Below, piece after piece: positions 32,548 through 50,737 of a stretch of 64,000 bases of DNA. Under the pieces are notes generated by a model that had not been told where the DNA came from, searched no databases, and worked only from the letters and a program-made list of their open reading frames with translations. The position numbers and the translations under genes were made by a program. Position 1 is the first letter of the stretch, and each line of letters opens with the position of its first letter. Origin of the DNA: the human T2T-CHM13v2.0 reference genome, Homo sapiens; the NCBI RefSeq assembly GCF_009914755.1, contig NC_060926.1; one strand, written 5' to 3'.

Positions 32548-32766
32548 TTTTTTTTTTTTTTTTGAGACAGGGTCCCACTCTGTCACCCAGGTTGGAGTGC
32601 TGTGGTGCAATCTCAGATCACTGCAATCTGTGCCTCCTGTGCTCAAGAGATCCTCTCACATCAGCTTCCCAAGCAGCTGAGACCACAGGTGCCTGCCACC
32701 ATGCCCGGCTAATTTTTTTTCTGTATTTTTAGTAGATATGGGGTTTCACCATGTTGCCCAGGCTGG
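32548..32766 (-). mobile_element. 5'-truncated AluJ with TSD, inside an old MLT1 LTR (~32500-33285)
   Basis: TSD aaaccagcttaaa on both sides. The flanks read attgcaaagaacagaaacccactcaaaccagcttaaa...tttattggaa (MLT1 start). Confidence 0.8.
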
Positions 32767-33898
32767 AAACCAGCTTAAATTTTAAAGTAATAATAACAGA
32801 TGAGTTTATTGGAAAGATACGGAGATATTTTATAGAATCCAAGAGCAGGAAAGAACACCTGCCAAGGAACTGAGTTTAGCAATGAACTAGAAAACGCACA
32901 GGAACCAAGCAAGCAGTTCCTCTCCCCTCCTCTCCCACTCTTAGGCAGCTAGTTTCAGCATCCACTGCTCTTCTGGGTCTTATCTCTGCCTTTGACCCCT
33001 CTCTCTGCACAAGCAGCCTTTCTCTACTTCATCTGCACATGGCCCAGCCTCGGCTGCCCCAGAATGCCACCCACAGGCCCAAAGTCCACATCTCATCCCT
33101 GTAGGCACCAACTGATTCAGCCTCTCAGATTCCAGTTTACCAAGAGAGAACTTTGATTACCCAGCCCAGTGTGAGCCTGGCCCCTCCAGGATCAACATCT
33201 GCCCGCAGAGTATAAACATGACCGCGGGGGCAGTTCTCGGGGAAGGGGCATGTGCTAGATAGGGGACCCTACAAGCTGTCTACAATGCTACACAGCACTT
33301 ACGGTACTTGTCTATGTGTTTAGATTCTCGAATATTTTTGCAATCATAAATTACTTCACTGAGAGATTTTTCTCATTTTTGGTTTTAAGTGAAGTATGAT
33401 CTTTGAAACTATGGTGTAAAGTGAGTTGTTGGGATTTATCTGAGGATTACAGTCCTCTGAATTATCTTAGTATCTCATGGCCAAATATCATCTAAAATTA
33501 GCCATATTCAAAGAATGTGTTCACTGAATAACCGTCCACGTGCTTTGTCATTTGCAATCACTCTTGAGTGTCCTAAAAATAGAATTACTTTACAGATGTA
33601 TTTAGTTCATCGGAAAAGTATTGGTTACTCATTTTCTTATAATTCTAAATAGTCAAAGATAACTAACTCCCTTTTTTCTTTTCTCACTTACATATATTCA
33701 GCCATAAAGTCAGAAGATGTGCCCGTTTCAGGGTACACATTTTCAGATATATTTGCTCAAGTCAAGGAAAAATCCCCTAATCACTGTGTTATAATTCACC
33801 AAATTAGAAATGATTAAAGTTGTCAGTTTGGAAATGAGAGAACCTTATTTTTAGTCAGGTAGAAGTAGATCTACAACTTCTTAAGATTAGCCAAGCTA

Positions 33899-34207
<309 letters not shown>

Positions 34208-35242
34208 GATTAGCCAAGCTAGATTTCAGATCAAGGTGGTGCCTATTTAAATGCTAAAGAACACGATCTAAACCAAAAAGTTCTTATTTTGGTATTATTT
34301 TTCTAAGAAAGATATTTCAAAACTACTAGATATACATAGTTATGGGAAAAAACAAAAGGAGAAATATTATGTATATGTATACTGAATTATTTATAGGTGA
34401 AATATTATGACGTCTGAAATTTGCTTCAAAATAATCTAGGGTGGAGGTTCATGAAACAGGGTTGGCCATGTGTTAATAGCTGTTGAGGCTGGACAGTGGG
34501 CATACAGGGGTTCTTTATACTCTTCTTCTATACATGTTTGAAACTTTCCATAATATTTAAAAAATGGCAAAAATACTGGAACATAAATACCTTGAGTCAT
34601 TTACATTTTAAGCCTTACAAGATTGTTGCCATTGTAGGAGGAGAATTAGGAAATCTAACCTTTTTCAACGTCAAATCCAAGATTATAATTGTACATCAGA
34701 CTGAAAGACTATTTTTGCCCAACATTTTCCTTGGGGAAAGTCCTGGATTTCTTTTCAAATGTTCAAGTAAGACCAGAGGGTGGGGAAGGAATGAGCATTT
34801 ATAGTTTGTGTGTTCTGTTTCTAAACTTTAAAGGCAAATTTAGAACTCAGTCCTAAGTAAATGTGAATGCTCACAGTAAGTGTTTTATTTCTAATTGCCA
34901 TAATCTTCCAATGACATAATTCTTGCCAACACAGTTTGCTGAGAGGCAACTGGGAAAAACAGGGGGAAAACTGATTTTTCTCAGGCTTTGGAAAACTATA
35001 TTTTCAGTGCAGCAGAGTAAAACATATCAAGCTTTATTCTTCTGTTATTTGAAGGATGTTGAAGATCAAATATTATGAAGTCCATATTCTAAAAATCACA
35101 GCTTTGGGGTTTGTACCACATCATGTAATTGGCTGTACATGCCCTTCTGAATAATTCAAAATGTATTTACTCAATTTGTGAGACTTTGATTAAAATGAAT
35201 CAAAATAGCACCCATGCTTCTCATTTTATAATAAAGAGATAA

Positions 35243-35398
<156 letters not shown>

Positions 35399-35764
35399 TA
35401 AAGATATTTTGTGAAGATTTAATATGTGCATTTTAATAAAACCTATCACGTTAACCACTAATATGGATTATATTTACTATACCTTTAAGTTTGATCATGT
35501 CTTCAATCTGATTGCTTAATCTGGTTTCCAGGTTCCCAGAACATATGGATTTATCACACCACTGGTGTAGCAACGTACAGTTGGTGCTCTGCTTAATTTT
35601 TCTCTGCCTGAAGACAATGAATAAGCTAGCAATTTGGATGTTATATATTCCTTTTTCCATTTGACATGTCATTTTGTGCAAAGCTTTTTATGAACATATA
35701 TTTTGAAACATGTTTTCTCAATGGTTATTTGTAATTATGAACATTATTATCTATAACAACAGAA

Positions 35765-36106
<342 letters not shown>

Positions 36107-36730
36107 TGACCATTGTATTGTATCAAACTGTTTTCTTTTTTCCATGTTTCCTCATGTCCTTAGCTACATACACGATTTTTTAGTTGCTGAAATCAAAGCC
36201 TAGATAAAATTTTTGAATCCCTAAACTAACACCTCTTGAAAGCTAGATGGCTTTTGTAGATGCGTACCTCTTTCAGGGTGTACACATAATGAGCCCTGGT
36301 CTAACTGTTGATGAGGATGAGGAAATATTGCTTCCTTAGAGGAAAAGGAGGTAAGGGTATGCCACTGAGTGGCAGGCATCTGCCTCTCCCTCGCTTCAGT
36401 TTGCCAGTATCTTAAACTGTCCCAGTATTGTAAGGTTCTCCCTAAGACATTTGGACACGTGTACATTTGCATTGTCATTGTTTGTAAAGGAAGTATATGT
36501 GTAGTACTTAAAAAATATACATCGTTATAGATCATGGCATTGTATTAATGGAAACTGTTCACTGAGAAATTTGATCTCACTCCCCTCCCCAATTCCAATT
36601 TATTTGTCTCTGATCCGTCCTCTTTTTAACTTTTTTATATGGAGAAACTTATGGCCTTGAGTAAGAGGTATTTTTAATTACGTCCTTCATTCACTGGTAA
36701 TTTGTTGACTGCCAGATACTTTATACACCT

Positions 36731-38500
<1,770 letters not shown>

Positions 38501-40582
38501 ATATACACCTATATTTTAATCCTCATAACAGCTTTACATGATAGTTGTCAATCTGGTTTTACAGATAAGGAAACTAAGGCTCTGTAAGGGCAAAAGACCT
38601 ACAGCACTGTGATCTTAACCCAAAGGCATCTATGTGTGACTCCATGGCCTACACCATGAAGCCTCTCAATTTCTCCTGTGGATTTAAGTGTCATTTCACA
38701 TCACTTCAGCTGTACTTTCCCTTCCGGTTTTAGTGCCCCCAAATAAGTATACTAAAATGAAATGTAATTTAACCAAATGGTAGAGGAGGATGAGGCTGGC
38801 TTGGAACAGATGAGCAATTATTATATAAAAGATAATGCACAAAAGGAAAATTCATGTTATAATGCTTCCCAAAGTGACAGGCTCTTGCTCTGAAGAGTTA
38901 ATTTGTTACCCTGTGGTGCACATTTGTTACTCCAGAGGCTGATTCCTGATGATGTTGGTTGCAGAGTCCTTCCAACTGATGCTTTCTTGGCCAACTTCCC
39001 TAGTAGTGCCGCTACTGAGAGCATTGAAGAGGTAGCTCATCATGTTAGTCCCAATATTATAAGGCCCTTTGACTGAGCATGAGGGATTTTGGAAAATCTT
39101 TTTCAAAGAAGCAATTTTTTTTTTTAAGAAACAATCATGGTAAACTAATAAAAAGCTTACCCAGCAAATTGTTAAAATATGACAAATGTTAAAATGCCCA
39201 TTTCAAATCCATCTGATACAAATGGTACAGTTAAAGCAGCACCATATTGGGAGGCAAACTCTCTGGAGCAAACCTCCCCCTTCGGCTTCCTAAGCATGCT
39301 GTGACTGCAGTGATGTAACCTGTCTGTGGGCCTCAGTTGCTTCCTTTGCAAAATGATAACATGTCTACCTGAGGCAAGGTGCTAAGGAAGGGATCCCTTG
39401 AGGACTCTCCTTCCATCTTAGTTCCAGCATTTTCAACAAGTTTATTTAACCCTTTTGCATTGACGGATTATAGGTATCATTTTTAATGCTCCATTTTAAG
39501 TGCAATTTCTGTAGCTTCCAGCAAGTTCGACATTTGCTTCCCCTGGAGAACACGGTGCCCTGATCTGGCCAACAGTGTTGTGTTGGGGTGTCTGCCAGGG
39601 GAGCAATACCAGCTCCCTTTCCTTTCCTGCTGGGATGAGGCCAGCATCACTGTAGGGATTGCGAGTGGACTAGGAGAGTCTTAGAGATGGAATCTAGAAT
39701 TTGGAAGGGAGTCAATGGCCAAAAGCATGCTTCCAGAACCAGCAAGGGATGGTTCCCTGCTTCTCTTCCTGTGAAGGTTAGGTTAGGACATCATAAGGGG
39801 TTGAGGGACTCCAATTCTAAAACTGAGGTGATTTCTGGGGGAACCACCTTGAGTCACCTTGGTCTGTGTTCCTACCCAAGGCCCCCAAGTCACAGGACCA
39901 GATTCAGATTTTTGTTTCCACCTCTGTGTGCCTCCAAAAGAAACACACAAGATTAAATGAGAAATTTGAGGGACTAACAAATGTATAGCACCTTACCACG
40001 TTGTGACTAAAACTCCTGGCTGCATCTTTATCTTGTAATTTCTCTTCTAAGCAATAACAACAAGCAGAAATTAGGCAGGGTACATTAGCAGCGTGCAAAA
40101 CAGTTTCAAATTCAAAAAGAGAGATCTGGGCTTTAATTTTAGCTACAGTTCTCTAATTTCTTTTACTCCAGTGCTTTCTCTAAAGAAACTGGAATATTAA
40201 GGTATAATAGCAGATGTTGAATGAAAGTAAATGAGATAAAATCTCCCAGAAAGCCATAATGTTGTTGTTATTGTCTATTATTGTTTTAAGAAAGTGGAAA
40301 GAAAAACCTCAGTCTTATCAGGATTTAACCTATACAAATTACAAATATTCTAGCCAAGAATTTCAGACAAAACAGTTTTAAAGGATAAAAGATTCATGGC
40401 AATAGAATATGAATAGCTCTTCAGATTTTTAAAGTAGTCTCTCTAGAGCATACAGGATATTAAGCTTGCTGCAGAATCTTATTACTTTTTCCTCCAAGGA
40501 AGCAGTCATGTTTTTTAAAGTTGTGTCTTGTAACTTTTTAAAATAATTGGCTAAATGATCATCTCCATTGATCAGCCTAGGT

Positions 40583-40770
40583 CAGTGATTCTCAACTGAG
40601 AGCAATTTTGTTTCCCAGGAACATTTGGCAATGCCTGGGGACAAGGGTATGCTACTGGCATCCAGTGGGCGGAGACCAGAGATGCTCTAAACATCCTGAC
40701 ACGCACAGGACAGTCCCAACAACAAAGAATTTTCCAGCCTAAGACATCAGTGCTGGCGTTGGGGAATCTG
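40583..40770. mobile_element. MER20 hAT-Charlie MITE
   Basis: cagtgattctcaac...acatttggcaatg...tgctactggcatccagtggg...aaacatcct...acaacaaagaatt. Confidence 0.8.
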
Positions 40771-41041
40771 GATCCAGCTTATGGCTTATACAATGATAAA
40801 TGTCTAGTTAAGAACTAAAATACCTTATTATTATCATCAAATTTCCACAATTTCAAAATGTTCATTTTATCTAGAGAAAAACATTTGGGTATTTGACTGC
40901 AGTGTTGGCTTCTGAAGACAATGCAAATAACCACTTTAAATATGCAACTTAGAATTTGTGTACCTCAGCACTCAACACAAATGCCTAACGTTGGCAAAGT
41001 AATTTAGAATTACTCAGGTGCAAACTGTTTCTTTTAAATAA

Positions 41042-41329
<288 letters not shown>

Positions 41330-41677
41330 TAAGTGCATTTTTAAAAATTTGAAGTCATAAGCAATTCACATTATCGGAGTATTATTTATGCTGTATAAAA
41401 ACCTCCCTGACATTGTGTTTGAGTGACTAATTTCAGTGCAATTCTCATGGCATAGAATTCTACCTTGAAAGGCCTTCAGTGGTCACCAAATCCAACATCT
41501 CACAAACTGCAAAGTAAGTGTTACCTTTACAACCTCACAGACCAGTGCCTTTCTAACTTTCATTAGGATACTTCCACAGATGAGGAACTTAATATCACAC
41601 AGCACCCCAACTGATTTTTAAATACCTCCAATTGTTAAAACGTTTTTCTCTATCTTGAGCTGAATTCTCTTCTTCCC

Positions 41678-41989
41678 TTTTTTTTTTTGTTTTTTTTTTT
41701 TTTTGTTTTTTGAGACGGAGTTTCACTCTTTTGCCCAGGCTGGAGTGCAGTGGCGCCATCTCGGCTGACCGCAACTTCTGCCTCCCAGGTTCAGGCAATT
41801 CCCTGCCTCAGCCTCCCGAGTAGCTGGATTACAGACGCCTGCCAGCACGCCAGACTAATTTTTGTATTTTTAGTAGAGAGAGGGTTTCACCATCTTGACC
41901 AGGCTGGTCTTGAACTCCTGACTTTGTGATCCACCCGCCTTGGCCTCCCAAACTGCTGGGATTATGGGCGTGAGCCACTGCGCCTGGCC
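41678..41989 (-). mobile_element. AluS inserted in L3
   Basis: Antisense Alu body with a T-rich tail. Confidence 0.9.
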
Positions 41990-42661
41990 TCTTTTCTTTT
42001 TAAATAAAGTTCTACCTTCTGAACCATCATTAAACCATTCCATTCCTCTAACAGCCGTCATCTGTAGTAAGATCACATTTGACTCCCCGAAGTCTCATTT
42101 TTTTTTCCAGCCTAACCTTTCTAGTTGCTTCAGCCATTTCCCATATTCGATGGCTTACAGCTGTCCCCTCCCTTAAGCACAGTCCAGTTTATCAATTCTT
42201 CCTTCAACTGTCTAGTCTAGAACTGTATTCAGTGTTCCAGTTGTAATCTGATCAGGTCAGAGCACAGTGGGACTGCTACCTTCTTGGTTTTGAGTTTTAC
42301 ACTTGTGTTAAATCAAACTAAAATGGCATTGGCCCTTTTGGCTGCCACACTACAAAATTGAATCATAGACGTCAATCTCAAAAATGTTCAGATTATCCCC
42401 AAGCCTGTACTTACACAATTGATTTTCTAAGATCTGAGTACAGAACTTTACATTTATACCCAAAGAGTTTTATTTATTTCTTCTCAGTGTTCCATCCTAT
42501 CTGTATCTTTGAATACCTTGTCAGAGCATTTTCTCTCCCTTGCAGCATCATGTCATCCTCTGCTTTCACAATCCCGAGTTCTAAATCATAGAAAAAAAGA
42601 CAGACTGGAACAATCACACGTCAACTCAAGGAACCTCCCCCTCAATTCAGTTTTACATTCC

Positions 42662-42974
<313 letters not shown>

Positions 42975-45900
42975 TGTCATTCTGTTTATTAATCTACACG
43001 TTGTAACAATTCTTTAATCAGTAACAGACATTTAAATTTACCCCCCTGTACAGTCATTTATCCTGGTCCAAGAAGACATCATTAAATTCTTGGCAAATGT
43101 CTTGCCTAAAGACAAGTGGATAGTGGTCTCTGTCATCCTTAATCTCTCCTTCTAATAAACCAACCAATAAAATATGTGAGGTTAGTTCACACTGTACCCA
43201 TTACTGTCTGGTTATCACTACTTCTTTTTCCAAATGCTTATCGAACTCCTGTGTAATATTTCATCCTAGAATTTTCCAGGGATTACATTACCTCATGAAT
43301 CAATATTTTCCGGAGCCTATTTGTTTTCCCACTGGGATACAAGAACCGCTTTGTGTTTGATGCCACCTCTCCTGATTCCTAAACTTTTCAGCTATTACTG
43401 TATTATTTCTGTGGTCACGTTTGAAGGCACCTATACTCACGTAAATGAGTTCTGTTTTCTCCTTTGCGGTTTGAAGAACATTCTCTTTGACAGAGGAAAT
43501 GAGAAATTGACTTTCAGTTCATGTGAAGCCACCTGATTGAGAAGTGTTCCTAACTTTCCTCTATTTTGCTTCCCCCCCCCCCCCAATCCTTTTCAAAAGT
43601 CTTATTTTTTGTCTTTAGCATTCCAGAAACTACACTTAAAAGTTGGTGCAAGGCTTTTGTATTCAATCTCAATTATTTGCTACTCCTGTCATTTGTACAT
43701 TTTAACCTGAACATAGCAGTTACCTCTATGGCCACTTTGGTTACTTTGGACACTTTTCCTTTCTTCTCCTTCCTTTGTTAATAACTGATTAGGTTATCAT
43801 GGTGAGTAGCCCTGAGATACACATCTGTTTCTGTCCAGTGTTACCTTCATTGCCCATCCCAAAGCCGCCTGGCAACCTTCTGCCAATGATCTGTCACTTA
43901 CCAGCCCTTCCTATTTGATCAGAATTTAGTTCTAAGTAGCCATTTTCCTTGCTATTTCTGTGTGTAAATGAAATTGCTAGCAGTACAAGGCAAAAAGTTA
44001 GTGATACCCTGGTTTTAGTAGACCAAGGTTTTGGAGCAGCTATTTAGATAACTAAATCCCCCACAGTACTATTGCATCTTGCTAGTACTTCCCCTACCTG
44101 ACAAGGTGGCTTATCTATATATTAGTCATTTCAAGTTGTGTTCCTCAGACCAGAGTTCCAGGGAGGTATATCTCAGGTGGGAAGGAAGGAACCAGTGCAA
44201 AAGCTCTGGAATCCCGTTCCTGTTTCAACAAAGTTACACTATGTTTTGTATTTTGCACATTCATCTTCTGTGTATGCTTTTTTCTAAGATTTTATTGTGA
44301 AGATTTTGAAGCATACACATAAGACGAGAGAATAATATAGTGAACTAATAGAAACCCACAACCTAAATTCTGTAATTTAAAGTAAACTGTAGAATTAAGA
44401 AAGAAAAATAAAGATCTCAAATAACCTAACTTTACACTTCAGAAAACTAGGAAAAGAAGACCAAACTAAGCTTCCTGTTAGCAGAAGGAAGGAAATAATA
44501 AAGATTAGAACAGAAATAAATAAAATAGAGACTATAAAGAGAATAGAAAAGACCAATGAAACTAAGAGTTGGTGTTTTTGAAAAGGTAAAATTGACCAAC
44601 CTTTAGCTAGACTAGCCAAAAAAAGGACTCAAATAAAATTATAAATGAAAGATGAGACATTATAACTGATACTGTAGAAATACAAAGGATCATAAGAGAC
44701 TACTTTGAGCAATTACATGCCAACAAATTGGATAACCTGGAAGAAATGAAACATATCTGGAAATACACAGCCTACCAAAACTGAAGTGCAAAGAAATAGA
44801 AAATCTGAACAGATCAATAATGCACAAGAGATTGAATCTGTAATCAAGAACCTCCCAGAAAAGGCCAAGACCATGTGGCTTCATGTGTGATTTCTCCCAA
44901 GTATTTAAAGAAAAAATATTGCCAATCCTTTTTAAACTCTTTCAAAAAAAGAAAAAAAATTGAAGGGGAGGGAACACTTTTAAACTCATCTTAGAAGGCC
45001 AGTAGAACCTTGATACCAAAACCAGATAAGGACATTACAAGAAAACTACAGGCCAATATGCCTGATGAATATAGGTGCAAAAATCTGAAACAAAATACTA
45101 CAAACCAAATTCAACAGCACATTAAAAAGATCATACACCATGATCAAGTGGAATGTGTTCCTGGGATGCAAGGATGGTTCGACATATGCAAGTCAGTAAA
45201 TGTGATGTACCACATAAAGAGAATAAAGGATAAAAATCATTTGATTATCTCAGTGGATGTGAGAAAAGGATGGACAAAATTCAACATCCTCTCATGATTA
45301 AAAACACTTCAATTAGATATAGAAGGAAGGAACTTCAATAAAGGCCATAAATGAAAAACCCACAACTAACATGCTCAATGATGAAAAGCCGAAAACTTTT
45401 CCTTTAAGATAAGGAACAAGACAAGGAAGTCCTAGCCAGAGCAATTAAGCAAGCAAAAGAGAGAAAAGGCATCCAGATCAGAAAGAAAGATGTAAAATTA
45501 TCTCTATTTATGTACAACATGATCTTATATATAGAAAACCCTAAAGACCCCCCCAAAAGCTATTAGAATTAATAAAGTCAGTAAAGTTGTAGGATACAAA
45601 GCTAACATATACAATTCAATTACATTTTTATATACTTAGACTATCTACAAAAACTGTATCATCAAGACAAATAAAATGTTTAGGAATAAGTTTAGCCAAG
45701 GAGGCGAAAGAACTGTATACTGAAATCTGTAAGACACTCATGAAATAAATCGAAGAAGACACAAATAAATGGAAAGAGATCCTGTGTTCATGGAGTGGAA
45801 GAACTAATATTGTTAAAATGTTCACACTACCCAAAAAATAATCTGCAGATTCAATGTAATCCTTATCAAAATTCCAAAGGCATTTTTTTCACAAAAATTG

Positions 45901-47145
45901 GAAAAACAACCTTAAAATGTGTATGTAACCACAAAAAACCTGAATAGCCAAAGCAATCCCAAGAAAGAATAAAGCTGGAAGTGTCACACTTTGAAATATA
46001 CATTTCAAACTATATTACAAAGCTATAGTAATCAAAATGTATGGTACTGACATAAAAACACATAGACCAATGAAACAGAATAAAGATGCCAGAAATATAT
46101 CCATATATATTATATAGTCCATCTTTGACAAGGATACCAAAAATATACGGTAAGGAGAAGACAGTCTCTTCAATGAGTGGTGTCAGGGAAACTGGATATC
46201 TACATTCAAAAGAATGAATTTGGACTTTATCTCACACCATTTAAAAAAATTAACCCAAAGTGGATTAAAGACTTAAATGTAAGACATGAAATCATACAAC
46301 TCCTAGAAGAAAATATAAAGAGCTCCTTGACATTGGTCTTGGCAGTGATTTCTTGGATGTAACAGCCAAAGCACAAGCAAAAACAAAAGCAAGTGAGACA
46401 ACATCAAACTAAAAAGCTTTGCATGGCAAATGAAACAATCAACAAAATGAAAAGGCAGCCTATCAAATGGGAAAAATAATTGCAAACCATGTTTCTGATA
46501 AAGGGTTAATATACAAAATATATAATGAATTTTACAACTCAATAGCAATAACTATGATTTTAAAACAGGCAAATGACTTGAATAGACATTTCTCCAAAGA
46601 AGACATAGAAATGGCCAACAGGTATGTGAAAAGATGTTCAACATCACTTTTTAGGGAAATGTAAATCAAAATCACAGATATCACCTCACACCTGTTAGGA
46701 TGTCTATTAAAAAAAGAACAAGTGTTGGTGAGGGTGTAAAGGAAGGGTACCCTTGTACACTGTTATGCCCACCAACAGTGTACAAATTGGTGCAGTCATT
46801 ATGGAAAACGATATGGAGGTTCCTCAAAAAATTAAAAACTAATATATGATTCAGTAATCCCACTTCTGGGTATATATCCAAAGGAAGTGAAATCAGTATC
46901 TTGAAGAGATATCTACACCACCATGTTCATTACAGCATTATTTACAATAGCCAAGATATGGAAACAACTGAAGTATCTATCAACAAATGAATGGATAAGG
47001 AAATTATTGTGTATATATACATATACATGGTGGCGTATTATTCACATAAAAAAGAAGGAAATCCTGTCATTTGCAATAATGTGGATGAACCAGAAGGACA
47101 TGGTAAGTGAGATGAGCCAGGCACAGAAAGACAAATACTTTGTGA

Positions 47146-47571
<426 letters not shown>

Positions 47572-47695
47572 AAAGAGTATAAACTTTTAAGATAAATAAG
47601 TTCTGGGGATCTGATGTAGAGCATGGTGACTGTATTTAATTATACTGTATTACTTTAAATTTGCTAACAGAGTAGATCCTAAGTGTCCTCACCAA

Positions 47696-47698
<3 letters not shown>

Positions 47699-47742
<44 letters not shown>
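47699..47742. repeat. (CA)n microsatellite
   Basis: About 22 CA units. Confidence 0.95.
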
Positions 47743-47744
<2 letters not shown>

Positions 47745-47885
47745 GGTAACTATGTCATGATTAATGCATTAATTACCTTGATTGTAGTAATTATTTCACA
47801 ATGTATGCATATATCAGATTCTGTTGTACACCTTGAATATATAAAATTTTTGTTAATTATACCTCAGTAAAGCTGGGAGGAAAAA

Positions 47886-48790
47886 GTAAATTTTAGACAT
47901 CAAGATACTTACCCCTAAATGTTTCATCATGCATATTACTATCTAGAGTTCAAGATTTGCTTATGGTATTTTTTAAGTAAAATTTATATTCAGTTGAAAT
48001 ACATAAATGTTCAGTGTTCCATTTGATAAGCTTTGACAAAAAGCTCATGTACCTATATAAACATCTCTTATGAAGATACATACGCCATTGCCACCCCAGG
48101 CTGCTTCCTCATACTCCTTCTGGGCCAGTCCCCATGCCCCCTCCCTCCCTCAGCTGAAACAACTGTTCCAATGTTTTTCACCATAAATTTTACCTGTTTA
48201 AGAATTTCATATAAATGAAATAGGTACTGCTTTTTATCCAGCTTCTTTCACTCAGAGATGTTTCTGAGATTTATCCATGTTGTTGCATAATAATAGTTCA
48301 TTCATTTTCATAGCTGAGTAGAATTCCATTGTGTGGATATAACAGGTTGTTCATCCATATTCCTATGATGAACATACTTTTCCAGTTTTTGGTTATAGTA
48401 AAGCTGCTATGAACATTTTTAGACAAGTCTTTGTAGACATATGCTTTCTTTCTCTTAGGTAAATATATAGGAGTGGAATTTCTGAGTCATGGGGAAAAAT
48501 ATATATAACATTTTAAGAAACTGCCAGACCTTTTTCCAAAGTTGTATCATTTTATATTCCCACCAAAAATGTAAGAGTTCCAGTTGCTGATATTCGATCT
48601 TGTCAGATGCATAAAATTCAGCTGTCCAGGGGAGTAGATAGTGCCATCCAGTTGTGTTTTCAGTTTACATTTCTCTGATGACTAAGGATGCTGAGCACTT
48701 TGTCATCTATTTACTATTTGGGAAGTATCTGTACAAATCTTTTGTCCATTGTTTTAAATTATCTTTTCATTCTTGAGTTCTGTGTATTTC
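47886..48790 (-). mobile_element. L1ME-type 3' region (other part at ~44285-44378)
   Basis: tttctgagatttatccatgttgttgca...aaagctgctatgaacatt motifs. Confidence 0.65.
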
Positions 48791-48859
48791 TTGAGTTCTC
48801 TATTTCTTCAATCAGATTGAAGAAATAGGTTCATGGCTTAAACTACTAGCCAAATATGA

Positions 48860-49217
<358 letters not shown>

Positions 49218-49335
49218 TGATTTTTCTGGCACACTTTCCTTCCCAAATACATGAATCTCTTGCCAATGAATATTTCCAGCTGTATAGTCACACTTGTCTA
49301 ACTGCTATCACTCTGTTGAACAAAGTTCATTATCT

Positions 49336-49720
49336 GTTATGAACTTGAATGGTTGTGTCTTCCCAAATCTGTGTTAAAGCCCTAACTCCCAATGGGACTG
49401 TATTTGGAGATAGGTCATTTAGGGAAGTAACTAAGATTAAATGAGTTTATAAGGGAGGGGCCCTAATCTGATAGAATCAGTGTCCTTATAGAAGAGATGC
49501 CAGAGAGCTAGCTTTCACTCTCCACACACACACCGCCCGCTCTTCCTGTGAGCACACAGTGAGAAGGCAGCTATCTACAAGCCAGGAAGAGAGCCCGCAC
49601 CAGGAACCAAATTGGCCAGCACCTTCATCTTGCCCAGCCTCTAAAACTGTGAGAAATAAATTTCTGCTGTTTAGCTACCCAGCCTAGGGCATTTTGTTAT
49701 GGCAACCCAAGCAGACTAAT
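49336..49720 (+). mobile_element. MLT1A/B solo LTR
   Basis: tgttatgaacttgaatgg...gtatttggagatagg...actgtgagaaataaatttctgctgttta...gcagactaat. Confidence 0.85.
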
Positions 49721-50444
49721 GTCCCATGCCATTGCTATATTCTCGCATTGAGTTCTATGTCAACAGTCTTGGTGATACCTGTGAGGTCTTATTACCACCA
49801 CAGAGCTCTGTGTCCAAAATTCAAGTTCCGTTTGTTGGCTGCTAAAATCACGTCACTATCTTGGCTCTTTTTCTCATTCTACTTTCCTATGAGTGGGCAT
49901 CTCTTCCGGGCATTTTTCTTTCCATGCCAGACAAGTATCTTTATTAATATTCAGTTTTATAGGTTAAAGCCTTCCCAATTAGATCATTAGTGCCCTGACA
50001 GCCACCTTGTCCCAACCTCCATGAGACAGACCCTATCCTTTATCAGAGACTTAACAGGAGCACGACCCATTTTTGTAGTACCTTAAACCATGGACCAGAA
50101 AACCAAATTCTGTTTTTTGACACCATCTGTATGGCCTGCAGATTGCTTCCCATAGCCTCCCTTCCCTTCCGAACCTAGACCCTTTTGCTAAATGGAGAGG
50201 CTAAAATACCACTGTGTCATTTGCATTTTTAAAACCCTCCATGCCCTCAAGTCCTTAAGTTTCCTCCTCAGAATGTGAAAAGCTCTGGAGGATGATTCTT
50301 CAGAGAGAAACTTTGCATGGAAAATTTTATAGACAGGGAAACTGAAATGTGAATGTAGGGGAGAGTGCACAGCTTTCACGAGATTCTCAGGAATTTCTTC
50401 CCTACAAGGGATTGACAACCACTACTCTGGAGACATATTCCAGA

Positions 50445-50737
50445 TTTTTTTTGTTTTAAGATGGAGTCTCACTGTTGCCAAGGCTGTAGTGCAGTGGTGT
50501 GATCTTGGCTGACAGCAACCTCTGCCTCCCAGGTTCAAGCAATTCTCCTGCCTCAGCCTCCCAAGTAGCTTGGATTACAGGCATCCACCACCATGCCCAG
50601 CTAATTTTTGTATTTTTAGTAGAGTCAGGGTTTCACCATGTTGGCCAGGCTGGTCTTGAACTCCTGACCTCAAGTGATCTGCCCGCCTTGGCCTCCCAAA
50701 GTGCTGGGATTACAGGCATGAACCAGTGCACCTGGCC
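50445..50737 (-). mobile_element. AluS inserted in L3 ORF1
   Basis: Antisense Alu. TSD-like catattccag on both sides. Confidence 0.88.

Noticed and set aside
43572-43584. C13 run as a possible G-quadruplex
   Set aside because: Too short for a canonical intramolecular three-tetrad G4; a simple homopolymer.
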